Shown here: positions 26,166-38,503 of the stretch, piece by piece | How positions within the stretch are numbered: the first letter of the stretch is position 1 | Layout of the letters: each line of letters opens with the position of its first letter | Translations under genes and position numbers: made by a program | DNA from: Haliotis cracherodii | Lineage: Eukaryota | DNA length: 64,000 bases | Assembly: GCF_022045235.1 (NCBI RefSeq) | Contig: NW_027266269.1 | Span: forward strand, 7,626,001-7,690,000 | Direction of reading: 5' to 3' | The notes under the pieces: generated by a model | Told to the model about the DNA's origin: nothing | The model's database searches: none | What the model saw: the letters and a program-made list of their open reading frames with translations, nothing else

Positions 26166-29100
26166 TCAGCTAGTTCTGTCTAAAAGACTGTGATCTTTGG
26201 TTCCGTCTAAACGTCAGTGATGTTCTGTTACGTCTAAACGTCAGTGATGTTTTGTTCTGTCTATATATTTATCTTCAGATACCAGCTGGATATTTGATAA
26301 TCTTGTAATTGATTTGGTCGGTGCATTAGCTTACTCCATGTGAAAGTAGTTTATTATTCGGATATGGTTGAGGAAGCTGTTTATTGATCTATTTATACAG
26401 GGAAAGATGCATTATTTATTGTGTATCCAAATGTGAGGTCACGTATTATCATTTCATAAACACAAACATAACAAAAAGTCCCCAGTGAGTATCCGGGTTA
26501 TTGGTCCTCAGCAACCCATGCTTGTCCTGAGAGGCGTCTAACGGGATTTGATGCATGTCATCGTTTCCCAATTGCATAGATCAATGATCATGATGTCAGT
26601 CACTGGATTGTTTTGTTCAGACGATTTTATTTACACATCACCGTCATATAGTTGGAATATTGGTGAATGCCGGGTTAAACAATAATAACAACAACAACAA
26701 AAATGATTTAAAATCCACCTTTTTAAGGGTATATTATTACACTAGTAAAGTGAATAATATGATAGTTCCTTCCTTTGAATCAGTTCATTTGCCAGGTGCT
26801 GTGAAAAAAGCCTTTTTTTTAGAATGCATCATTAACAAATATTACAGCATATATACTTAGCAAAGTATGACATAAAGGGAATCTGTGTTTGGGCTCTCCC
26901 AACCCTAATATTGTAACTTGAACAATTTTGCCATGTTTTGGTATTTGGTGCCTAAATGTCAGTTGGTTGTTATATCAATCAGGAATTACAACTGGCGTTG
27001 ACAAAATCAGGCATCGACAAAATATGTTGTGTTGATTACCGATTTGTGAATTGTATACATATGTTTTGTTTTGTTTGTTTGTTGTTTGACGCTGCACTCA
27101 GCAATATTCCAGCTATATGACGGCGGTCTGTAAATAATCGAGTCTGGACCAGACAATCCAGTGATTGATATCATGAGCATCGATCCACGCAATTGGGATA
27201 CGATGACATGTACCAAACAAACAAGTGAGCCTGGCCACCGGGTCCCAAGCAAAGTCGCTTTTTACGGCAGGCATGGGTTGTTGAAGATCCCTTCTACCCC
27301 GGATCTTCACGGGTAGGGGTCATGATATATTTTTATATACCGCACACATCTAAAGAAACTGAGTGTTCAATAATATCCCAAAAATATTCATGATACAAAC
27401 ATTTTTGTGTTCAGTATAAAAGCACACGTGATTACACAGTTATGTATATGATGGAAGTAACTGCAAAGAATTAGACGATCTGTTCACACTTATCAAGTAT
27501 TTTATGACATACCTATTGCCAAAGCGGAGTAGTCACATTTGCAGGATTCACAGCCCTTAGAATCTCTGAGATACCCCAGTGGACAGTGAAGTTGACATTC
27601 AAATGCTGGACACCCTGTAACAGTGAGCGAATACTGGCCACCCCACAAACAGTAAACATATAATGGACATCCTGTAAAAAGTGACCGAATACTGGACACT
27701 CTGTGAATAGTGAACGAATACCGGACGCTCTGTTAACATTAAGCCATGATAGATAACTGACGAATCATTCAGAAGATAATTTGAAGTCGCTTCTAGAAAA
27801 CAAAACTATATGTATCTTATTTCACGTTCATATAGATTTCTTTTCTTGAGGAAAAAGTGGGGCGTTACACCAACGAGCACTTGGAGATTGCCATTCTTCA
27901 TTCATTGGGCACAGGAGGCGAACCCGGGTCTTCGGCTTGACGAGCGAACGCTTTAACCACTAGGCTACCCGACCGCCCAGATATCAAAAGACCATGTCTG
28001 AAGAAATTAAGGGGATAAAATCAGGACTTGTTGGCGTGGTGTCAGTATTCTGTGCGGTATACATGTTAAACTGTGGCGTGGTATCTCAGTGGACAATTAA
28101 TAGTCAGTGGACTATTAAACCAGCATAAGGCCTGACTTGTACAAGAAGCCCCCTAACACACACATTCAATAATCTTGAAATCGACGTTAAATTCCATGTT
28201 ACCTCAACTCATCTCACATGCAAGAATCAATGATTTGAAATGTATCTAAGTCATGTCAGGCTGAGAGTATCTGTAACAAGGTAGTTCAACATTTAAGTGT
28301 CACGTGGTTAAGGTGAGGTGAGGGGAAGTGGGGTTTAATGTCGCGTCAAAGAGTATTGCACTTATATTGCGACGTGCAAGCACGTGTGTGAATGCGTGTG
28401 GTTGCTTGTACTAGTTCGGACTGATGCTGAGTTTATTGTTCTCGCCCACTGAGATACCATGCCAATATTTAACATGAAAACACTGCTCAGACACAGTATT
28501 CTGACACGATTTTTTAACGACTTTTGTTATGATGCGGCCGGGGATTGAACTTCCGCTCTCCGGGGGAAGCTCTACCACTGGACCATGGAGGCTGTGGCAT
28601 GGTTAAGAGGAACTACAGACTTATATATTGGAGAATTAAGAATAAAGCAAAAAAACCCTTTCCACAATCATAAGAAATCTAAAGTCCAACTGTATCAATC
28701 TGTATAAGCAATGGCTACCTGCTGGCTGGGTGTACGTGGTCCTCATGCACTCAGCACCACAACCATTGGACTTGCAGGCATAACCAGAGGGACAGGATCT
28801 GTTCACATAATCCCCACACAGGAGAAGACAACTCCCTCTTCGGGAATGGGGAATGCTGCAGACCACTAAATTCGAAAACATGGTGATAGCAGTATGAAGG
28901 CGTGAATCACATAAAATACTTATTCCTAAAAAATGTAAACATGTCTTTACTACCCTTTTCGCGAACACCTGATGTCATCACTGATTTTCAGTGGCCCTTT
29001 CACATAGTTTTCACAGCTATTTTGCCCTTCACGCCAAATGGAATCAGTTTCAATGAATAGTCAAAAATGATTTTTCTTACGCAATGACGTTGATATTAAT

Positions 29101-30866
29101 AAACATTTTGTTAAAGCTTTAATATTTGTATTGACATAATACTTATCTATTTAAATATCACAGTTACAACTGCTTGATGTACATATGAGAAATTCATATG
29201 TGATTTTCTTATACGCATTAACCGATCATATATAGCACCCAGTACCTATGGTCACTATTTCATGCATACATACCGATTATGATTGTAATCGTTGTAAAAT
29301 ATCCCAATTAGACACATTTAATGAAAATGTTGCCTAAAACATATATAATGTGACTGTTCAGGCAGATAATGTTGCCGGGTAAAAGAAAGTGTTTGCTTTT
29401 TGCTAAAAATGTTTGATTTGTTTGTTGTTTAATGCCGCACTCAGAAATATCCTAGCTATATGACGGCGTTCTGTAAATAATCGAGTCTTGACCAGACAAA
29501 CCAGTGATTAGTTTCATGAGCATCGATCCGCGCAGTTGGGATCGATGACATGCATCAACTAAGTCAGAGAGCCTGATCACCCCATCACATTACGACAAGC
29601 CTCTTATAACAACTTCTTTAAGTGACATTTAAAAGTTGGTGTGATGAAGTTAGACAAGCTCTATGGATGAACAACTTCTTTATTACAATTAGTGCGACGT
29701 TTCGGTGTAGATCCTAACATCAAGCATGTGATGGATAGTGAGTGAGTGAGTATGGTTTTACGCCGCTTTTAGCAATATTCCAGCAATATCACGGCGGGGG
29801 ACACTGTGATGGATAGTGCTAAACAACATAGGTATATATACTTATTAACATCAATGTTTATACAGTGTTTTTCTTATAACAAGTGTAGTCGCCCTTTACG
29901 AAACAAACAAGATATGGTTATTCGATGGTGCTAAATTAGTACGTGTATCATAGGCGATGTTACATGCATCATACCAATAAGTATCTCACAACAGGTGACG
30001 TGCACATGACGTCTCAAGGAACACAGGGGTCGCAACTTTACACAGTAATGAGCAGAGTAAAGTGTGAACATACAAGTGTATTTTTTCTTTGGCCCGACAG
30101 CTGATATAATACGACTGTACATTGCAACAGCTTGTGAGTGAGTGAGTTAAAGCTTTACGTCACATCGGCAATATTTCAGCCATATCGTGACGAGAACATT
30201 TATAATACTGACATTAAAATAAAAAACCTTTCATCGACGGACAGTATAACAACTAGTATATCACAGTTTATACGTAAAACTTGTTTAGAACAATTAAAAG
30301 AATAACCTATTTTTCAACAATACATTATAAAAACGGTTTAGAGATCGCCACCGACCAAAGTTAGGCCACCTTACTGGGGACCGTGGGGACTTACAATACT
30401 TCTACCTGCACGGCTCCCCAGCAGGATTTACACCATCCCTTCAGCTGCTGGCGATGGTACGCAATTAAGCCATAATTAAAACAAAACAAATATACTCCGT
30501 TTAAAAACAGTGGTATGAATAAACGTACGTTCAGGATGTGGTCTTACATATCCTCTCAGGGGGACAATAATTTTACACTACTTCAACCCCCTTTGAGGAT
30601 ACAGCCATTAACCATCTAAGTTACTCATTAAACACTACCAATATTATAAAAATCAACTATCTACACAATCAAAATTTATCAATAAGTTTTATTTCTTTTA
30701 AAAATCCAACAATTCAATTACAACTGATACTATTAAAAAGATCCTTAAGAGATGATGATTTGAAATAGTTATCCCTTGTGATGGCACAATTGCAACAGCT
30801 TGTGTTCTGTAACAACTTACGTGTTCCCAGCAACACAAAGACCACGACCACATGGGAAACCGCCAT
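26166..30866 (-). CDS. Small secreted WAP-like + antistasin-domain protein (putative protease inhibitor or matrix protein, ~100 aa)
   Basis: Exons 30866-30821 (MAVSHVVVVFVLLGT), 28865-28719 (CLLLCGDYVNRSCPSGYACKSNGCGAEC), 27614-27513 (CPAFECQLHCPLGYLRDSKGCESCKC, antistasin pattern); all phase 1. Terminal exon probably 26179-26166 (DRTS*), followed by a minus-strand AATAAA near 26020; alternatively the frame reads through to a stop at 27502. Confidence 0.8.
26482..26700 (+). mobile_element. SINE family A
   Basis: Similarity to the family. Confidence 0.75.
27066..27314 (-). mobile_element. SINE family A
   Basis: Reverse-complement similarity to the family. Confidence 0.8.
28310..28600 (-). 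mobile_element. SINE family D
   Basis: Related copies at 108-325, 4790-5040 and 28020-28210; tRNA-like head and (ACCTC)n tail on the minus strand. Confidence 0.65.
29413..29600 (-). mobile_element. SINE family A, partial
   Basis: Reverse-complement similarity to the family. Confidence 0.75.
30137..30788 (-). mobile_element. 5'-truncated copy of the same LINE with 16-bp target-site duplication
   Basis: Similar to 57338-57972. ATTGCAACAGCTTGTG flanks it at 30121-30136 and 30789-30804. Confidence 0.88.
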
Positions 30867-31004
30867 CTTGAGCTGTATCAAATGTGACCTAGAGACACAG
30901 CTTATCTTTGTGTGGCGCTCCTACAGTGTATTTCCAGGGAATATATCATAATTCCTTTCCATGTGGTAAACACACTAAACCTTATGCACCAAATTCTCTT
31001 TGAA

Positions 31005-32040
31005 ATACATCAAGTCTACAAAAGGTTACATTTGTCAGCTTAGAGCCAGAATTTTGTCATTTTTAGACAGTTATGTCAAGTTGAGAGGCCGGTTACTGTG
31101 CTTGTCTTAGAATATCTGCCCAGTATGGATTCTTTTCAAAGTTTCTACAAGCTACAAAACTCCACTAAACAGTCAAATTGTATTGCACCAAATACGCTTT
31201 AATATATAGCAATTCTAGAAAAGGCGATATTTGTCAGTCGCGAGCCAAATATGAGTCATTTTGAGACAGAATATGTCAAGTTGAGAGGCTGGTTACTGTG
31301 CTTGTCATAGAATATCTGCCCAGTATGAATTGTTTTCAAAGTTTCTACAAGTTACAAAACTGAACTAAACTGTCAAAAGTGAATTGCACAAATAACGCTT
31401 TAAAATACTGCAAGTCTAGAAAAGGCGACATTTGTCAGCAGAGAGCCACAAATCAGTTATTTTGAGACAGAATGTGTCAAGTTGAGAGGCTGGTTACTGT
31501 GCTTGTCACAGAACACCTGACCAGTATGGATTGTTTTCAAATTTTCTACAAGCTACAAAACTCCACTAAACAGTCAAAAGTTTATTGCATCAAATACTAT
31601 GTAAATACAGCAAGTCTAGAAAACGTGACATTTGTCAGCCGAGAGCCAAAAATGTGTCTTTTTGAGACAGAATGTGTCAAGTTGAGAGGCTGCTTACTGT
31701 GCTTGTCATATAACACCTGACCGGTATGGATTGTTTTCAAATTTTCTACAAGCTTCAAAACTCAACTAAACAGTCAAAAGTTTGTTGCATCAAATACTAT
31801 GTAAATACAGCAAGTCTAGAAGAGGCAACATTTGTCAGCCGAGAGCCAAAAATGTGCCTCTTTGAGACAGAATGTGTGAAGTTGTGAGGCCGGTTACTGT
31901 GCTTGTCAAGGAATATCTAACCAGTATGGATTGTTTTCAAAGTTTCTGCAAGTGACAAAAGTGAACTAAAAGTTTATTGCACCAAATATGCTTTAAAGTA
32001 CAGCAAGTCTAGAAAGGCGACATTTGTCAGCCGAGAGCCA
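31005..32040. repeat. ~200-bp satellite-like tandem repeat, about 5 units
   Basis: Unit starts CAAGTCTAGAAAAGGCGACATTTGTCAG near 31011, 31210, 31411, 31611, 31811 and 32004. Confidence 0.93.
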
Positions 32041-32659
32041 AATATTTCTTTCTTTCAAATTTTCTTAAAACTGATACAGGTGTTATAGTTGTCATTAAGG
32101 CTTGCCAATCGAGTTCAAGTTCCAACAACCATGTATGATTCTTGCCTAGAGACAAACTCAACTTTCCATTACTACATATCAGTTGATGCAGCTGGATGCA
32201 GTCCTTACTGCCTCACCCCATATGCCACTGCATCCTCAAGAAACGCAACTTCCCCTCAGGGTCCCGTGTTGTGGTCCAGATTACCTCATCCCACAGTTGA
32301 CCCACCCACCACTGATACCTTCATCCAGTCGAGATGACACACCCACCAACATCAGCATACAGTGAAGGTTGCTACCCCAACCACTGATATGTGCATCCAG
32401 TCGAGATGGCTACCACACCTACCAAAATCATCATACAGTGAAGGTGGCTAACACACACACACTATTATAAATCCCCTCTTGCCCCACTCCCCATCCCCAC
32501 ATACACACAGAGGCACAGAGTAGCCCCAGCACCCCCCACCCCTCCCACACCCACACACCCACACCCACAGAGGCACAGTACAGCCACCACCCTCACATAC
32601 ACACAAACTACAGGCCCGTCCTCCCGACCACCCCCACACTACAGCCGCTCCATTTGTAC

Positions 32660-33097
32660 AATTGTGAATTGTCATCACCTGAGAATACTTCCAAATACAA
32701 ATTTGGTTGATGTCTATCTCTTAGTTCCAGAGAAAAAGTCGTTTAAAGCAATTTTGCAAAACAACCCGTTTTAGGCCCGCCCCTCAGCCCCTTGACAATT
32801 TTGAATCCTCACCACCGGAGAATGCTTCATACCAAATATGGTTGCTATCTACCTCTTAGTTCCAGAGAAGAAGTCGCTTAAAGCATTATAGCCAATTTAC
32901 CCATATTTGGCCCCGCCCCTCAGCCCCATGAGGGGTCAGCCCCACCATTTGTAAATTTTGAATCCCCACTATCTAGGGATGCTTCCAGTCACATTTCATT
33001 AATTTCCAATTAGTGGTTCAGAAGAACAAGTTCTTTGAAAAAAATGTTGATGGTATGGCACAAGCTCACCTTGGTCCTTCGGACCCAGTGAGCTAAA
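32660..33097 (-). mobile_element. HINE-like non-autonomous element, same family
   Basis: Minus-strand start TTTTTTAGCTCACTGGGTCCGAAGGACCAAGGTGAGCT (hairpin), with internal repeats similar to 11810-12060. Confidence 0.6.
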
Positions 33098-35510
33098 AAA
33101 TCCAGAATAAGAGTATATTAAGAGTAAACATTGATAGAAATAAGGTTAATTCCCGTATCAATGTTATCCAAATTACATGTACATCTATTCCAATAAAGTA
33201 ATCAAATTGTTTTGGGGCCAGACCAAACATATGAGTTGCCAAGATTAGGTTACATGTAATGTTATTGATCTGAAAGATCAGGAACATACCTGCTTATCAA
33301 GGAAAAAGGCAAAAGTAAAGTTGAAAAAAGGCTTACTTTCAGTTACACAAATTTAGGGCAAAATATTAAATATAGATGTTTCTTTGACCTCATTTAGTTC
33401 TCAATAGTTAGTTAATAATACATGAGATTTTTATGCTTTTTCAGGGATCTTTGCCTCTATGTTTCACATACAACAAAACTGTGCTAAAATGGTGAAGTCC
33501 TAATTAATGAAAACTAGGATGTCTAAGGTTAAGGAAGAATGGTTCTTGGATTTACATGTAAATACATGGTAAAAAATACAGATAGGTGTTTGATGTTTAC
33601 TGTAGAAGTAGATTTTTGAAAAGTTGTATTGTAAATTGTTATTGTTTTTTTTGCAAACTAATCAGCGACGTCTTGGCCCTGCTGTAATCAGTTTCTTCTA
33701 GAATCCTAATTATTTAATAGGGAAATGTCCCTTGTTCTTTTTGCAGTGTGATTATGTCTTCCTCGCAAACTTTCCTTTTTCTGTTTATTCCTGCTTATAC
33801 ATGTTGAGACCACTGTTAATTTTGACGCTGAATGTGGTGTCCCCTCCTGGGATATTGAGACATCCAATGCCTGTTCCTGAAACAATGATGAAAGAATCAT
33901 ATACTGCATATCAGTAGTCTGGACAAGTTGATATGTATCACTGAATATATATATATAGTAAAAAGTTGGAGGGAAAACCATATGTGATGAAAGGGCAGTT
34001 CATACTTCTGCAAATATATACAAAAAATCTTGTTTGAAACTATTGACATCAGATTATAATGTCTTACCGTTGTCCCAAAAGGCTCTTTCTGTTGGTGTCA
34101 CTGCCTCCAGGAGTGAAGTTGCAGCTGAGCTGAATCCCCATCTACATCACGATAAGCAATACAGCATTACCGCATGTGCAACACATGTGCTATCGAGTGC
34201 AGACAGATTGTCCTGCTAGGTACATAAGCCTATCTCCAATAGTTATAACCTGTTTGACTACACTGACACTACTGTACATATTAGCCTTGAATAAACCCGT
34301 CGCCAATAGACTACGGTAGACGCCACCCAGTGAAATATTGTGTTGTTGTCAAATGATTTATGTAAACTTGAGTTAGATGGATCAGAACATATGCCTACAT
34401 TTTCAATAAACTGTGCCATCCCTTTAACTACAATGTCTTCATCATCAGTTTAATATTGTATTATTGTATTATCTGTTTGTATAAAGGGTCACGCAAGACT
34501 AAATGATCTTGGTATATATCATAATTGCATTGTACAAATGTAAGGACATAATATCAAGATGTCATTGTAACATGACGAGGATGTAAATACATAATATATA
34601 GCGTAACACTTTCAAAAGACATATATTGAGCATGTTCAGCTAACTGTAAGCAACTTATCTACCTTCAGGGTCAATTACACAACGTGACCTTTGGGGGGTT
34701 GGCCTGACGGACGAAATAGGGTTGATTTGGGGCTTTCCCAATCATCGGTCAGTCGAGCAATAGCTCCTGCAATCGGTAATATTCTCCTACAATCGTGAAC
34801 ACGGAATAGTAATGAGAGTTACCCCCCTTCAAAATTACAAAACTGAGAATTGGTTGTTGTGAAAAGTTTAAATGTGAAAAGATATTCGGTTGTTCATATG
34901 TATATAAAGTAAACTTTAAAAAAACTACCCATATGATAATATGAATTATATTTTATGACAGAACATCCAGAAATACATAGAAAGAAAATCAATCATTACA
35001 ATTATGTTTACAAAACCCAAATATTGTTCTATAATTGATCACCCCCAAAAATTAAAAAAAGATGGGGACATTTATTTAGGCAAATTGTGAAAACATTTAT
35101 GAAATTATCCAAATTATAATAGTCAGCCAGTTGAAATATAAAATAGAATAAACAAACAGTGCTATGCGATATATAAACTTACATCACTGCTTCAAGAAGC
35201 ATTTTGCTTCCTGGCCTCACCTGCACATCTTCACACAACTGGTTTTTCTGGAATGCAGTTGAGTCATTTCAGGAAACAATTTTCAGATATCAAAATGTGC
35301 CATGCACAAATGTATTAAATATTTTGCACCTATAGTCCTATTTGGTAAAATTCTTACTGATACTTACCTTTGCTAAAATAGTGTACTGCTGCTGCTACTG
35401 TAACATTACATAATTTGCTTTCAACAACATCAACAAAGGCAGGTCACAAATGTAGAAAATTGGTTAGTTTAGGGCAGTTTTAATTTACTTTAAAGAGGGC
35501 TTTGTATACA

Positions 35511-35984
35511 TGTAGCCGCGACGGGGTCCGACAGTCTCGGCTGGGATGCATGTGGACATGTTATGGTTCTCCTCGTCAAAGGCTCAGTGTACCCTGCATG
35601 GTAATTCAATTTCCACCTTATACTTAAATACTACAATCAGTTTTACATCTGAATAATAATGCCCATGAACTTACGCCTGTAAGATCTCGGTAATCTCCCA
35701 AAACGCCCGCCTGTCAAACTAATTAGTATGCATTCTTCAACCCATCACCTTGCACCGTCCGCACAACGGCGAAAGGGGCAGTCAACTCCACTTGAAGCAT
35801 TCTCACTCACAACACCACTCACGTGGTCAAAGGGCAGACAACCTGGGGCATTCAAACTAGCTTCCTTGGCCATTCACTCTTTTGCCTTACTTTGCAGTCA
35901 ACTGAATCAACACAGCAATAAACGATTGGACCCCGTGTGTGTGTTTAAGTAAACCAACCAAGAAACAGCCAAGAAAACACTACA
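35511..35984 (+). mobile_element. Candidate solo LTR
   Basis: TGTAG...CTACA inverted termini, internal AATAAA at ~35916, higher GC than flanks; no clear TSD. Confidence 0.4.
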
Positions 35985-36921
35985 CTAATTACTATGTCCC
36001 GTCATATAGTTATCCTTACCCCGAAAACTGTTGCCTTCCATAATATTATCAATTCAACGGTCAAAACTAACATTTTCTCATACCTCACTGGGTGTCACAG
36101 TTTGGAAATGTGTTTACTGTTAAGGTTATACACTTAAAGATGTCTTCATTTTATGATGCTTCAGTTGGGTATCAAGGGAGACTATTTTCATTTTTCTTAA
36201 GCCCAATAGGGTGTGCTGTACACTAGTCTATTTATAGATGCATGTAATCAAGGCATGTAGGGCATGCACAGAGCCACATGACAGCTGGCTAGGTAGCCAC
36301 ATGATGTAACTTTGATGATAAAAGTGGTCAGCAACTAGGTAAATACAACAGTAATTTTACTAATATCTTTAGTTTTTGATGTATAATTGTGATATTATGT
36401 ATTTGAATTAATTACATTGCTTCTGGTAAATAACATTTTGTAATTACCATAAATTTCCTAATGTGTCCTAAAATCAATATCCTTTTGCAAAGAAATGTTT
36501 TTGAGTGTAGTATATTTGTATTTACAATCTAGAGTATATGTATTTTTGCTTTAATTGCAGTCAATCATGAAATGAAAAGACATAAAATGAAATGACCTCA
36601 CATGAATTGACATGAATTGACATGAATTGACACGAAAAGACAATTGGAACATGAAATACTCATGAAACAGAATAAAATAGACAGAAATCCAAAGATGGAA
36701 TTGTTTTCATTTGAAAAGTATCAAAGTGTGATATTTGAAGTGAACATTTACCTTATTCACAGCTTTTTAGTCTCAAAATATTGTGAACACAATGTTGTAA
36801 CCAATTATATGACAGAACATAAATGAATTCATGTTTCAGTGTTTAAATACTTGAAATAAGATAAAGACAAAATGATAGCAAAACAAAGCCATACGATGTA
36901 TTTGAAAGTAAATCTAATCAA

Positions 36922-36922
<1 letters not shown>

Positions 36923-36973
<51 letters not shown>
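36923..36973. repeat. (CA)n microsatellite
   Basis: Visible. Confidence 0.95.
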
Positions 36974-36975
<2 letters not shown>

Positions 36976-38503
36976 GTGTACAACTAAAGTCACACCATTA
37001 ACTATGAAATATGAATAATTAATGTAACTCAAAATATAAGGTATGCACTTTCAGAAGAAATTGCCCTAATTTCATGCATGATTTTTAAAAAACAATTCCC
37101 CCTTCTGAGTAAAATTACTGAATGTATAATGAGTGAGTGAGTGAGTGAGTTGGGTTTAACGCCGCTTTTAACATGAACAGTTATATCAATATGATACAAA
37201 CAAACAATATGATTATACACGGGCGTACAGACACACAGACATTCGGATATGTGCAAGGATTGGAAGAAAGGTATTTTATCTGCCACGATTTGATATTCAG
37301 GCAGCTGCAATATAAATAAATATTCCTGGAAGTGGCAAAAAAAACCCATTTATATACTTGACCGCTCACACAAGTGTCAGCCAGTTTGTGTGATCATTCT
37401 GAAGCTACACCGGGCACACTGAACTTCAACATTAATCTACAAACTGATGCGTTATATCTTGGTGATCTACATAGCCTGTGTGACATCCTGAAAGTAGCCG
37501 AACACAATGTATAGAACCAGAAGCTATGTATTTCCTTGATGACAAAAGGGGATAAATTGTGCAAAAAGACCTTAATATACTGTAATCATGCACCCTCAAA
37601 TCAAATAAAATAATTTGCACAAAAAAATGAAGAAATACCATACACCCTCGAAAAGTTAATGGTGACATTAATTGAACATTATTTTATCTGAAATCAGTAT
37701 GGGACTAGGCCTATAAAACAATCGACTCTGCCGACCTGTGTCAATACATACTCATTACGAAAACCATCCGTCTTCCATAACATTCTCCTTCAATTATCCA
37801 TCCTCTTGAGAACCTCACTTGTCTTCATTTTGTCAGTACATAATTCTGTTGCATTTAAGGTCATGAAGACAATGACCACCCGTTTCGTCACTTACTCCAA
37901 GACACGTGCTCACATATGCATATGACTGACGTTAACCTCCGTTGGGGGAAGGGGACATAAGTCTCAGTGTCTTATGTAATAGTTCCCATTACACAGCGTA
38001 GATTTTCAATCATGTTGTTTATGAGTTCGACCCCCCTCAAACACAACTTATTTTCCAGGTATATGTTTACTGTATAAAAATCGCAGGATACCAAGCTTGT
38101 GTCATGAAATTGGGTACTGCGTTATTACCACACCACTGTCTTCAATTTAGAAATTTCAACAGTTATTGAAAACCTGTATTATTTCTAATTTTAAAACCTA
38201 ATGCTGATGGATATTTTTCTATTAACAAATGTCACGTGAGAAATCCCCAATGGAGCCTCCATTCACTTGGGGAAATGTCTTGTCTTACATATTGAACCTC
38301 TTGATGTTTATAAATAATTACAAAAGGATAATGTAGCAATGAGTTATATGAAGAAAGCCTGACCAGCCAACATTTAGGTTTTCAAGACAGATATGACATT
38401 GGTCTTTTTTGAAAAGGCATGACACTTTAGCCCAAGCCACACTAATTAACAACAAACCTTTAAATCGAATCGTCAGTTATTATTAATTTGATTTAACATT
38501 AAT

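Noticed and set aside
37870-37920. Possible hammerhead (GACGAAACGG on the minus strand)
   Set aside because: No CTGANGA core at the required position.
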